Source: Rozella allomycis CSF55
Taxonomy: Eukaryota
Assembly (NCBI GenBank): GCA_000442015.1
Contig: KE561071.1
Coordinates: 62,001 to 126,000, forward strand
Length of the DNA: 64,000 nt
Reading direction: 5' to 3'
Shown here: positions 52,484-64,000 of the stretch, in pieces
Numbering within the stretch: the stretch's first letter is position 1
Layout: the number at the start of each line of letters is the position of its first letter
Position numbers and translations under genes: made by a program
Notes under the pieces: generated by a model
Databases searched by the model: none
The model's input: the letters and a program-made list of their open reading frames with translations, nothing else
What the model was told of the DNA's origin: nothing

Positions 52484-53801
52484 ATGAATGCAATTCGATT
52501 TTATTCCAACGCTGCACTTGCATACAAAAAATTACCAGAAAAGTCTTTTTATCATTTTCTCGATCACCCAGCTTTGAAACAATTACTATTGAATGCGGAT
52601 CTAGAAAAGGCAAAACCAATACAACAAGTCCAGTTTGACTCGGGGCATCCAATAATTATTCATCCACCCGATTTTGATCCTGTTAAGGGATATATGGCTA
52701 GCATGCTGAATAGAGCGTTAAAAGAAAGAAGAAGGCCTGATTGCAACGGACTAGTTTTAACTGCTAGTCCATGGAGAGCATTAAGTGATGCCATGGTTTT
52801 CAAGGAAGCATTTGCCTATATAAGGAATACAAGTTACCAAAAAGAAGACGATGAGAAGAACAAGAGAGAATGGTACTATGATTTACGTAATTTCGGGGTC
52901 CAAGTTGTGAGTGCTGCTCTCGTTGACGAACAAGTAGCAAAAAATATATTGGCGGGATACGCGCAGAAGTTTATAATCGGGTGGCTGCCAAGGATGATCG
53001 CTATGGGGAATATAATACCTTACGAGGTGATACTTCAGCGCATCAATACTGTAAATTGTTAATGTTTGTTTGAAATAGCTAGTCCTGACTGACGTGGATC
53101 TACTTGATCTTGAAAATGATGTCTACTTTGATAATTTGATGAACTTTCTAAAAATCCCACTTTCTCGTACAAAATTACAAATTCAGTTGTATTCAAGAAG
53201 AGAAACTAAAGGTTTGATTAGACTGAAAGAAGCGATTGGGAAGCCCACTTGGAAGAAATATGATTTCACTGAAGCACAGAATGAACCACATGAAATATAT
53301 AAGCCTGTAATTGAAGCGAATAAATTCATCTCTTTTATTATTGATTATGTCAAGGAAAACCCTAAAACGACAATCATGTGTCCAACTGAATCTTTTGCGT
53401 GTTTCCTGATTGAAAAATTGCAAGGGGCTGGCATTTCTAACGACAAAATATTGGTAGATTTGCCTTTTGCTGAAAATTATTTCACATCTCGAGGTTCCTT
53501 ATTTTTGTGGGCTGAAGGTGAAGAAACATTGGTAACAACGAATGAAGCTTCCAGATCTTTGGCGCTTTCAAGATCGGATGGCAATATAATATTCATAGAA
53601 GGATCAGAACAGCAAATTGAATATGACCTTTTTAACATCACAGGAGAGAAAATTCAAATTAAATTCAACAAAATCAACGAGGCAGTCGAAGAGGGAGAGA
53701 AGATTGAAATGCCTGAAAAGGGAGAGTTTGCGGATTATTTAGTCGCTCAAGGGTATTCAGTTGAAGAGGCTAAATCAATTTCTCATCAAATATTTCAATA
53801 A
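52484..53801 (+). CDS. Degenerate DEAD-box helicase-like protein, possibly mitochondrial
   Basis: Remnant motifs Ia (GLVLTASPWRA), II (LVLTDVDLL) and V (VTTNEASRSL); intron 53051-53078; N-terminus MNAIRFYSN. Confidence 0.45.
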
Positions 53802-53823
53802 AAAGATAAGATTAACATTTTTT

Positions 53824-55963
53824 TTATTGATCAGCAATTTCAGCTTCCAGTTTGTCTTCCAAAGATTTCATGTTTGCTTTAACCTGTTCTTGAAAATGAA
53901 CAGAGTATTCTGTAAAAGAAATCAATTCTTTTTGAATCGCTTCCTTTTCTTCAGTTATCAAGCGAGTCCAATGGTCCAATTCAATAACTTTGGCTTGCAA
54001 TTGCTGTTCAGCGCTCACTAAAGAACTCGATGATTCCATTTTCATGTGTTGAATTTTCGCTTCCATCGATTCCAATTCCTGTGAGTGAGTCTTAGAATCC
54101 CCAGTAAAAATCTACATCAAACAAACTTTAAATTCTTACATTTTTTTCTTCAGTGTATTTTTTATTAAACTTTTTAATCTTTTCTTCGAGGACAAAAAGT
54201 TCTTCTTGCCTATCAGTGACAGTCTCTATCATTCGGTCTAACGCTTCCTGTTGCTGTATGATTTGATCATTTAATTCAAACAATTTTTCTTGAATATTAT
54301 TGGCCAAGTGATGCGTGTGTTCCTAATTTACAAATTTCGGATTTATTACCCTGGCAATAGAAACGATTTCAAGTGATTCTTTAGAAGTTCCCTTTAATCG
54401 GAAATCTTTACCACTTGCATTTATTTCATAGCTAGGTATTATTTTTATTTTTTCTCCTTCAATGGTGTACGCATGAATTGATTTTTCAACGGTGTCGATT
54501 TTCTTTTGAATATTGACCTCCTTCTCCCATATTATTTGTGATATTTCTTGATTTCTTTGGCCGAGGTTTTCAAATTGCTTTTGTAAATGATCTTTGTCTG
54601 CATTCATTCGATCGATATCTTCAATTGAAATGGTCTGGGCTTCTATTTGAAGCATCAAGTCCATTTTGACTTTCTCCAATTCTTTCAACTCCCTTTCTAT
54701 AATCACTTCAATTTAAACGAATTACCTGTAGATTCAACATCATTTTGAGTTCTAGAAATAATCTCCATTGCCTTTTCAGTTTTATGCGAGATGTGGTCAT
54801 TCAACTTTGCGAATTTTTCAATATCAGAATGAAGAATCTTTTCTTGGCTCTGAAGTTCTATTAGTGGCGATGGCTGTGAAGTCAACTCAGCGTACTCTTT
54901 TTGTAAATCCTTGTTTCTCTCAGACAAGTCATTAATTTCATTTATTATTTCTTCATCCTTTGCGCCTAAAATAACTAATTGAGATATTTACTAAAAGTTG
55001 CTCTCAATTCATCGACAACAGAATTTACATTCCCGTCAGAATTTAAAAATTCTTGATATGCCCTGCACAAAAATTCATAAAACCTTCTTTCTTCTGTTTC
55101 GTTTAACGCGAAATTAGTTTGTTCAATGCACTATAACAATATGAATTCTTCATTACGAGATTCAACTCCACTAGCCAAGTAAGCATTGCCAGAAATATTG
55201 GCCACGAATGAGGTGATCCAACGTTCACAAGTTGAGATCGATTTATATCATTGGCGAAAGGATATCTATTTTCAAATGTGGTCCTTTATGTTACCTAATG
55301 GATCTAACAATAGCTGAAACTTCCTCGTCAAATTTTTTCTCAAATTTATAGTTTGGATCGATCCTCTGATATAAATAGAAAAAGATATTTTGAGCGTCCC
55401 TGGTAGAGGGGCAATTAAGCAATTTTTGATTAATATTGCCATCGTAGCCAGTTTCAGCCAAAAAGTTCAGCAAGCTTTTTATGCTTCCTAAAATAAATTG
55501 ACGGTCTCTAGTTGGTCTTGGATCTTTTAAATAATTTTGATGCTGTGATGGAACACCTCTGGCGACACTCGATCTCCTGAAAATCATGATACAGCGACCC
55601 TAATACCTTGGATCTATAACATTTGATTGTCTTGGGGCCATAGATTGTCTTTTAAACGATTGTGAAGGTCTTCCACTGAGCGTACTTCTAGATGACTCAC
55701 TCATACTGAGGCCAGCAAGCTGACTAGAAAGTTTCTATAAAAATAAAAGAATTTTAATTACATTAGCCATTCCTATTACATTAATATTTTATGTTGTTAC
55801 CAAAGTTTGACAATCTTGAGCTGTTTTGTGAAGATACCATTCCTCCAGCAGCAGAAGGTTTTGGAATAAATGATAATCTTGATGTATTATTTGGCTTGGA
55901 AAAGTTTCCAAAATTTGTTTGTCTATTATCGGGCAGAACACCCAATGTCATTCTTCGATCCAT
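53824..55963 (-). CDS. NDC80: Kinetochore protein Ndc80
   Basis: KDPRPTRDRQF, FLYQRIDPNY-like segment, VGSPHSWP, long coiled coil. Confidence 0.92.
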
Positions 55964-55965
55964 TT

Positions 55966-55977
55966 TTTGGCGGGAAA
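55966..55977. promoter_or_regulatory. E2F-like element TTTCCCGCCAAA immediately upstream of NDC80
   Basis: Matches TTTSSCGC on the minus strand and stands out in an AT-rich context. Confidence 0.45.
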
Positions 55978-56275
55978 ATTCAAGGGAAATTTTCAAAAGT
56001 AGAAGGTTTGATTGTAAGATTCAATAACTGCGACGTTTGAAGGTAAGTTTAAAAATTTTTAAATTAATTCCTTGAAACATGAAAGCAATAATGACACAAA
56101 TCTGTAAATAATCAATATCAGGTTATGAGGTAAAAGACAGTTCAAATTTTAAGTGAATACAGAATATAAATCGGAAAATTGGTTTTCGATTTAAATCTTA
56201 AGTGTTTTCCATTACTCACTCATTAGAGATTTCCGGATCTATTAAAGATCCCTTGTCCTCACCCTTGTCACACGT

Positions 56276-57798
56276 ATGAAGTGTCTTATTCTTGCTAGTA
56301 TCCTTGAATTATTGTATGCCAGTGAAGTAATGCAACCTAAACTTGGTTCAATTGATAAATTCCAAGACTTTATCTTTAGCGAGGAGAATATGTTGGTGGA
56401 ATTTTACGACCAAAGTAACTTGTCCCTGATGACATGACTAAGACGAACTTAGTGAAAAGTTAACACCGCGTTATGATGAGGCGGCCTCAATTCTTAAACA
56501 TAAATCGAGATTTGCACAAATCAATTGTGACGAGCAAACTACCTTGTGCTATGACTTGGGAATCAACAGATATCCTACTCTAATTCTATTTCAGTAATAA
56601 TTATGTATTAAGTGTATAAGGAATGGAAATTTTACTGAATATAAAGGTGAGAGAAGTGTTGAGGGAATTGTTTCCTTCATGACCAAAATGTTAAGAGAAA
56701 CACCAGTAAAGTTAACTGAATCAACATTTGATGACTTTAAGAAAGAAGATAATGTTGTTGTTATTGGATTTTTTCCTGATGGGGATGAAAAGGCACAAGT
56801 GTTTAGGCAAATCGCCGAAGAATTTAAACCGAATATATCATTTGGTTTGGTTAATGAAGAAGGTTTGCCCGAAAAGAAGGGAGAAAAAGTTGGTTCTGTT
56901 GTCGTCTACACTTCTTTTGAACCTTATAGATTTGTTTATTCCGATGATTTAAATGACAAGAAATCTCTTGCCAAATTTATTGAAAACACCTCGACTTCAT
57001 TTCTTGAAGAATTCTCATCATATTATTATGGTGATGAATTGTTGCGGAATAAAAAGCCAGTTGGTTACATTTTTGTCGAAAGTGAAAAACAAAAAATGGA
57101 AATGGCTCGCTTATTCAAAGATGTCGTAAAAAAATACCGTGGCGAGGTTTTTATTTTGATTAATGATTATGATGCTAATACATCAAAATCTTTTGTTGAA
57201 TCTTTGGGCCTTCCTGTTGGCATATATCCCTCTCTCGCATTTCAAGAATCTGAAATCCAATACACTAGAACAAAAACAAAATATATTTATAAGGGAAAAT
57301 TTGAACAAAAGCCAATTGATGAATTTATTAAATCAATTGTTGATAAAACAGCGGTGCCCTTTCTTAAATCTGCTCCTCTTCCAACGGAAGGGCCGGCTGA
57401 TTTAGTAAAGATCATTGTGAACAAAAACTATAATGATATAGTACTTGATAAATCTAAGCACGTCTTTGTAATGTTTTATGCGCCTTGTAAGTTTTGACTA
57501 TACTCTGATACGGATAGGGAGTGTGCACTGTAAAATTTTGAAACCTGTTTGGCAAAATCTCGCAGAAGACTTTTCAAATAGACTAAGTAATGTTGTGATT
57601 GCTAAAATGGATGGAACTGAAAATGATCTGCCCTTGAATGCTGGTTTTGAATTGGTAAACTACCCAACTTTAAGTCTTTTTCCTGCTGGAAGTGACAAAA
57701 CACCAGTGGAATACAATGGTGAAAGAGATTTAAATTCATTGAAGAAATTCATCAATTCATTCTTAAATAGTGAAAAGGAGGAACATGACGAAATATAG
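56276..57798 (+). CDS. Divergent protein disulfide isomerase paralogue lacking CGHC motifs
   Basis: Collinear with the downstream PDI with matching intron layout; active sites read NELS and WSVHC; ends in HDEI. Confidence 0.85.
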
Positions 57799-58044
57799 TT
57801 GCACCCATGAATTGCCATCAAATGCTACAATAAATTCTTTAAAAATATTTGTATTATAAGCCGGTAATGATAGTATATAACACGCCTATCATTGCTTATT
57901 TCAGGCAAATTGACTTTTGTTTTTCTGCTCAATTCTAAAGCTACATTGCCAAATATTTTCCTTGACCTTTAAATAAAATTATCTTGGTGTAAATTTTTGG
58001 TGAAAAATCTAAAGAAACTGCCAGGACCCTGGTTCCACGTTAAG

Positions 58045-59542
58045 ATGAGGGCTGTTATTCTCGCTGCTGCACTTGGGGCAGTATACGCTAGTGACGTAGT
58101 TCAACTTACTGGTGATACTTTTAAAGACTTTATTACTTCTGAAGCAAATGCTTTGGTCGAATTTTATGCTCCCTGGTGTATGACTAATTACGTGCAATAA
58201 ATTAAGGTGGACATTGCCAAAAGCTAGCACCAAAGTATGAAGAAGCTGCTACAACGCTCAAGGACAAGGTAAAGCTTGCACAAGTGAACTGTGACGACCA
58301 CAAGAGTCTATGTTCTGAGGTCGGCATTAGTGGTTATCCAACTTTGAAAGTTTATGCGTAAGTATCATGTATTTAAATGTATTAGAAATGGAAATCCAAG
58401 TGAATACAAGGGTGAAAGAAGTGCTGATGGAATTGTCTCTTACATGACCAAAGTGACAAGAGAAAGTCCACTCAAGTTAACTGAAGAGACTTTTGATGAC
58501 TTTAAGAAAGACGATAACGCTGTTGTTATTGGGTTCTTTGCTGATTCTGATGAAAAGGCAGGAAAGTTTAAAGAAATTGCTGAAGAATTGAAGTTGAAGA
58601 TTTCATTTGGATTGGTTGAAGATCAAGAATTGACTGAAAAGAAAGAAGAAAAGGTTGGAAGCGTCGTCGTTTACACCTCCTTTGAACCTCACAGAGTTGT
58701 TTATTCAGGTGATTTGGAAGACAAAGAGTCCCTCGTTAAGTTTATTAAAGAATCCTCAACTCCTTTGCTTGAAGATGTTTCACCAGAAAATTACGGTGAA
58801 AATTTGATGAGTGGAAAGCCAAACGGTTACATTTTCGTTGCCACTGAAGAGCAAAGACAAGAAATGACAAAATTGTTTAAAGACATTGCCAAGAAATATC
58901 GCGATGATGTCATTCTTTTGTTCGTTGATGCCAACCAATTCGGATCTTTCGCTGAAGCTTTGGGTCTTCCTGCTAACCAATGGCCTTCCCTTGGATTTCA
59001 AAACGGCGCTGACAAGACTAAATTCGTCTATGAAGGAAAATTGGAAAAAGATTCAGTTGAAAAGTTTGTCAAGTCGATCGTTGATAAAACAGCAGCACCT
59101 TTCCTTAAATCTGCTCCAATTCCAACTGAAGAGCCAAAAGACAAAATTAAAGTCATTGTTAACAAAAACTACAATGAAATCGTTCGTGACGAATCAAAGA
59201 ACGTTTTTGTAAAGTTTTACGCGCCTTGTAAATTTCATTCTTTTGTTTTAACCAGGGTGTGGACATTGTAAGAATATGGCAGCAGACTGGGAAAAACTTG
59301 CAAATGAATTCTCTGATCCATCAAAGAATGTCGTCATTGCTAAATTTGATGCAACTGAAAATGATCTTCCTTTGGATGCTGGATTCGAAATTTCAGGTTA
59401 CCCAACCTTGAAGTTCTTTCCTGCTGGAAGTGACAAAACACCAGTTGATTATAGTGGTGAAAGAAAATTGGAGTCTTTTAGAGAATTTGTTAACAAACTC
59501 ACTAATAATACTGCAAAGGAAGAAGACCATGATGAACTTTAA
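58045..59542 (+). CDS. PDI1: Protein disulfide isomerase (a-b-b'-a')
   Basis: Signal peptide, two spliced APWCGHCK motifs, C-terminal HDEL. Confidence 0.96.
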
Positions 59543-59575
59543 ATAAAAACTATTCTTTGCTTTAATAAGTTTTCT

Positions 59576-60527
59576 TTATTGAAGATTGCGACTTAAAAGG
59601 TATTCTACGGCAGAATTAACATTCCCCCCAGTTGCTTGAAGCGCTCTTATGTTATTCACTGGATCAAAAAATCCCATATCATTCAATTGGCGCAATTGAA
59701 CTTCATATCTAACTTCAGGCGGTTCATTTGATACAGGTGGTGCAGGAGGCATCATTCCAGTCATCATTTGTTGAAACAAGGCAGGATTAAATCCACTTCC
59801 ACCTAGAGCGCCAGGAATTTGTCCTACAGCAGGAGATTGTGGAGTAGTGGGATTGGCCGCCGGTGGTGCTCCCATTCCAAAGCTATTCATTCCAGCTAAA
59901 TATAAACCAATATCACAATTTACCATTCATACCCATAGCTTGCTGAATAATATTTGGATCAGACAGTAATCTAATCATTTCAGGGCTTGACATCATTTGA
60001 CGCATTTCAGGGCTAAGGGAAGCGAATTGTGGATTGGAATTCAAAATAGTTTGAAGCATTTGGGGATTAGAAGCAAGCATTTGCATAGACATTTGCAGTA
60101 ACGCTGGGTTGTTCAACATTGAAGCGAACCCAGGATCATTCAAGCCAGGCATTGCGCCGGGATTTCCGCCAAACAAGCTAGCCATATTTGGAAGTTGAGC
60201 CATTCCTGGAGAAGCGGGGGCTGCAGCTGAAGGAGATTGAGGAACACTGGTAGGACCTGTAACTGTAGGAGGCGCTGCAGTGGTGGTGGATGCACTGGCT
60301 GCTGGTTTGGACAATTTCACTAAATGCATCGTGTTTCCTTCTGCTAATTTAACACTTTGAACTGTATCTTCGTCTTTCAATATCTTTCCTGAGAATATGA
60401 TTCGCTGGTTTTGGGGCTCGACATTTGCCTTTTCTTTAATTTTTTGTTTGATGGTAGCTATGGTGTCGGTAGAATCTATTTCGATTTCTAGTTTTTCTTC
60501 GTTTCCGTGTTTGATGAATACTTTCAT
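59576..60527 (-). CDS. DSK2: Ubiquilin/Dsk2 (UBL-STI1-UBA)
   Basis: UBL QRIIFSGKILKD; UBA PPEVRYEVQLRQLNDMGF...GGNVNSAVEYL. Confidence 0.93.
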
Positions 60528-60680
60528 TATTCTTCCAGAAATTTCCCTGTGACTAATTATTGAAAGGCAGTATCAAAACATAATATGAAAATACTCGCAT
60601 CGACATATCAAATTCAATTGATCAATGATCTATTCTTATTACAATAAGAATAAATTTATTTAAACAATTAAAAGAATGAA

Positions 60681-61089
60681 TTAACCAACCCAGCGATTTC
60701 CACAAGTTCTGTTACAGCATACAAAATACAGCGTCATCGCAGCATCCCGATGCAGTGCTCTGCTTTGAAAGAATACAGCTTCATTATTATCGCATCTCGG
60801 ACATCTGGTTCTATTAGTTCTGGGTAAAGTGGGGTCTGCTGCTATATCTGAAGTAATAAACGATGATTCGCTATATGATTTTACAGTAATAAATACTCTG
60901 CTATCCTTTTCAAAATATCGTTTCGGTAAACACACGGGCTATCGGCTTCTTCCTGGTGATCGCAGTTTCGGCAAGCGTACAGTAAGAGAACACTGGTTCT
61001 GTCTTCTTTGGGATATAACATGTTGTTGCTAGAATTATATTAAAGCTATATCATGACCATTCTGGACAAAAACGGACAGTTGCCGACAT
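60681..61089 (-). CDS. RPB9: RNA polymerase II subunit RPB9
   Basis: [14 protein letters not shown]...CRNC; DPTLPRT...CPRC...EAVFFQ...MTLYFVC. Confidence 0.93.
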
Positions 61090-61137
61090 AAAATTTTGTA
61101 AAAATGGAAATTCAGCAAACGCAAATACGAGAGTAAT

Positions 61138-64000
61138 TTATTTGAGGGTTAGTGACCATTTTTCAGACAAGAAGCAACCAGGCTGTTTGATTGTTAGAAT
61201 ATGATCTGCGTCATTGTACATGAAAGATAGGAATGGTGGTTGACGCGTCTTGTTGGCACGGTTTAATGATTCAGCAGACAAATATACATTATTCGGTTTT
61301 GCTTTAACATTATAAATAATAATCTTGTTTAGAGTATTTTTGAGATAATCTTTGTTTGACAATTCAGATTCTGCGAAAGGATATGCGTTTTTGAAATTGT
61401 CAGGGTTTGCATAGACCTTTCTAGCGTCGAATCCAAAGGAGCCATTTGGATTTGAAATGAGTTTATTCCCTTGAAAAGAAATTTCATTTAAAACAAATTC
61501 ATTCTTTAAATAGTTGAATGATTTTTCATCATCTTGGTACACAAATCCTTTGGCTTGTTGATTTTCATCTAGAGCGACTATTAGAGTGTAAGGATCTTGA
61601 AACATCAATGAAGAAGATCTTCTAACGACATCCTTGATGGGAATTATTGAACCACCCTTGATAAATACTGGGATTCCCTTTTCTAAAGGATAAAACAAAT
61701 TATGAGAGCCAGAATAAAGCTTCTTTCCTGTTTCAAATTCAANAAAGCTTCTTTCCAGTTTCAAATTCAAACCAAACCTTTTAAAATCAATTTAGATAAT
61801 TACCTGATCTCTTCCAGGTAGAAAAACATCCACTTGTTCTTGACCTTTATTGAACACCCCTTGAACCAATATAGAAGATCCAAGAAGAAATGATTCTTCC
61901 TTTTGAAATATTTCATTATCATTTGGATATTCAAAGAACAAAGGTCTCATAACAGGCATTCCTGTAACATGAGATTCATAAAAGAGAGTATAAGTGTATG
62001 GCAATAGTTTGTAACGTTTCCTTATAGCATTTCTTATGATGGTAGTATATGGTTCACCGAACAGCCAAGGTTCTCTTCTTTTAGTGTCAATGTGAGCGTG
62101 CGCTCTAAAAAACGGTTGGAATGCACCAAATTGATACCACCGCGCCAAAAGTTCAGGTTCAGTGTTACCGAAAAAGCCACCAACGTCAGCTAATTTTTAT
62201 GGTAATTTAAATAAATACCTCCAGCAAATGGTAAACCAGCCAATGAAATTGATAAAAGCATTGGGATAGAAGCTTTTAAATGGGACCACTCAGCCATGTT
62301 GTCACCTGTCCAGATGGCACCATACCTATTTGACCCAGCAAAGAATGCTCTAGAAAGAACAAAAGGACGTTCATTATTTCTAGCTGATAAACCTTCAGCA
62401 GTTGAGCGTTGCTATTCATTTAATATAAATTGAAATACTTGAAGTAGACCATAAATGTTGTGAACATCTCGATGCTCTACACCTTCATGATGTATATTAT
62501 CTTTTGGCATTGTAATTTCTGGACCAGAAAAGACACTTTTATTGTTTTATCATTATTGTTTACCTAACTTCATTCATGTCATTCCAAATATACAAATTCT
62601 TTGTAGATCCCTGATAATTCTCCAATGAGAGTTTCTCTTTCCAGAATTCTCTTGCCTTTGGATTCAAAAAGTCAATCCAGTTTGAATTTCCTTTAAATCT
62701 TTAAACCCATTTCAATACCTGGCCAACACCAACCTTCAAAATCCTTTAGATTTTTATCCTTTACGAATAAACTTAATGAAGAAGCTTCTTTGCTTAAAAA
62801 GTATCCATCATCCTTTTTAATGTGAGGATCTACAATTGTGACCATCAAACTTTAAATTTAATTCAATTTATTACTTTCCTTCCTTTGGCTGACAATTTAT
62901 CTTGCATTTCAATTGGGTTTGGAAACTTTTGTTTATCCCACGTTAAATATCTCTTTCCATCTGTGTGTTCAATATCCAACCTTTTAAACATTCATTTCTT
63001 TAGTACCAAAGAACGTCGTATGGAATATCAAATAGATCAAAATTCTTGTCAACTGTTTCTACATCCTTTTGGTCATTGTAATTCCATCTACATTGATGAT
63101 ACGCTAATGAAAAGAGTGGGGGAAGAATTGTTGTGCCAATCACAGTCGAGTATTGCTTATAAACATCCCGAATATTCGGACCAGGGAATATGAATAGATC
63201 TAAAATTCCAGATTCACTCATCTATTCTATTTCAATCATTTAATGTACCCAATGTGTTTGAACAGCATTAGATTCTTTATATTCCACATCAATCCACGTT
63301 TCAGATGGATTTGTCCATAAAATTCCACTGGATTGACCACCCTGAGACAACATGAATGGAATGGACCCATAAAGTGAAGCAGGACTATCAAGCTCATATT
63401 CAAACACATCCAAATTATACAACCGATAAGGTTCATTATACCCCTCGTTGCTATTTTTTCTGCTTGAAAATTGATGAAACAAATTACGTAGGTTTCAATC
63501 TTAGAGATGATGCATGTTCAGGAATTCCGAAAACATTCAATGATCCAACAAATGTTAAATCCATTCCAATTGATTGGTTTCCTTTATCAAAGGCGTAATC
63601 CTTCTTTACCTTTTGGCTGTGTATCTTCTTTTCCTTTAAATATTTCTGGTGATGCAACATCCGAATTTTCTAAATTCAATAAATTATTTTCATTCAAAAG
63701 CAATATATCTTTTTCCTTGTATTTAATAGTCATTTTCAAGGGTGATTGCTGAATATCAACCTTTGCATCTACAAACACCACATTACTTTAATATCATTGT
63801 AAGAAATAACATTTTCATTGTAATNAAAATATCCATTTCCTTGTATTTAATAGTCATTTTCAAGGGTGATTGTTGAATATCAACCTTTGCATCTACAGGT
63901 ACCACATTACTTTAATATCATTGTAAGAAATAACATTTTCATTGTAATATCCAGCTGCATTGATGTTACTCTTCAACAAAACATAGTCTTTTGGTATTTC
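61138..64000 (-). CDS. GLS2: Glucosidase II alpha subunit (GH31), 5' end beyond the window
   Basis: [51 protein letters not shown]. Confidence 0.95.

Overview
This is a gene-dense, AT-rich eukaryotic window with about 36 protein-coding loci, tiny GT-AG introns (about 25-35 nt) and intergenic gaps often under 100 bp. It carries flagellar genes (CFAP47, MORN5), fungal-type genes (Pho88, a TOK-like channel, Dsk2, a Mug135-like fragment) and a Crinkler-like gene. Together these point to a compact-genome zoosporic fungus or fungal relative; Rozella/Cryptomycota-like is my inference. Housekeeping genes include TBCE, glycogen synthase, branching enzyme, PRMT5, ProRS, NOC3, CDC45, a RasGEF, NDC80, PDI, RPB9 and glucosidase II. 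Many single Ns mark contig joins, often with duplicated and slightly divergent flanks, so several ORF-track entries are chimeric or split. The most interesting content is a set of intronless, signal-peptide-bearing genes, four of them in two head-to-head pairs. The first pair is an oomycete GP42-type transglutaminase carrying a Pep-13-like peptide, opposite a bacterial-type CBM2 protein. The second is a secreted PI3/4K/HipA-like kinase opposite an acidic Ser-rich secreted protein. There is also a secreted F-box/LRR protein, a catalytically eroded PDI duplicate and a pRiA4b-ORF3/MYND fusion. All family calls come from motif recognition by eye; no searches were run.
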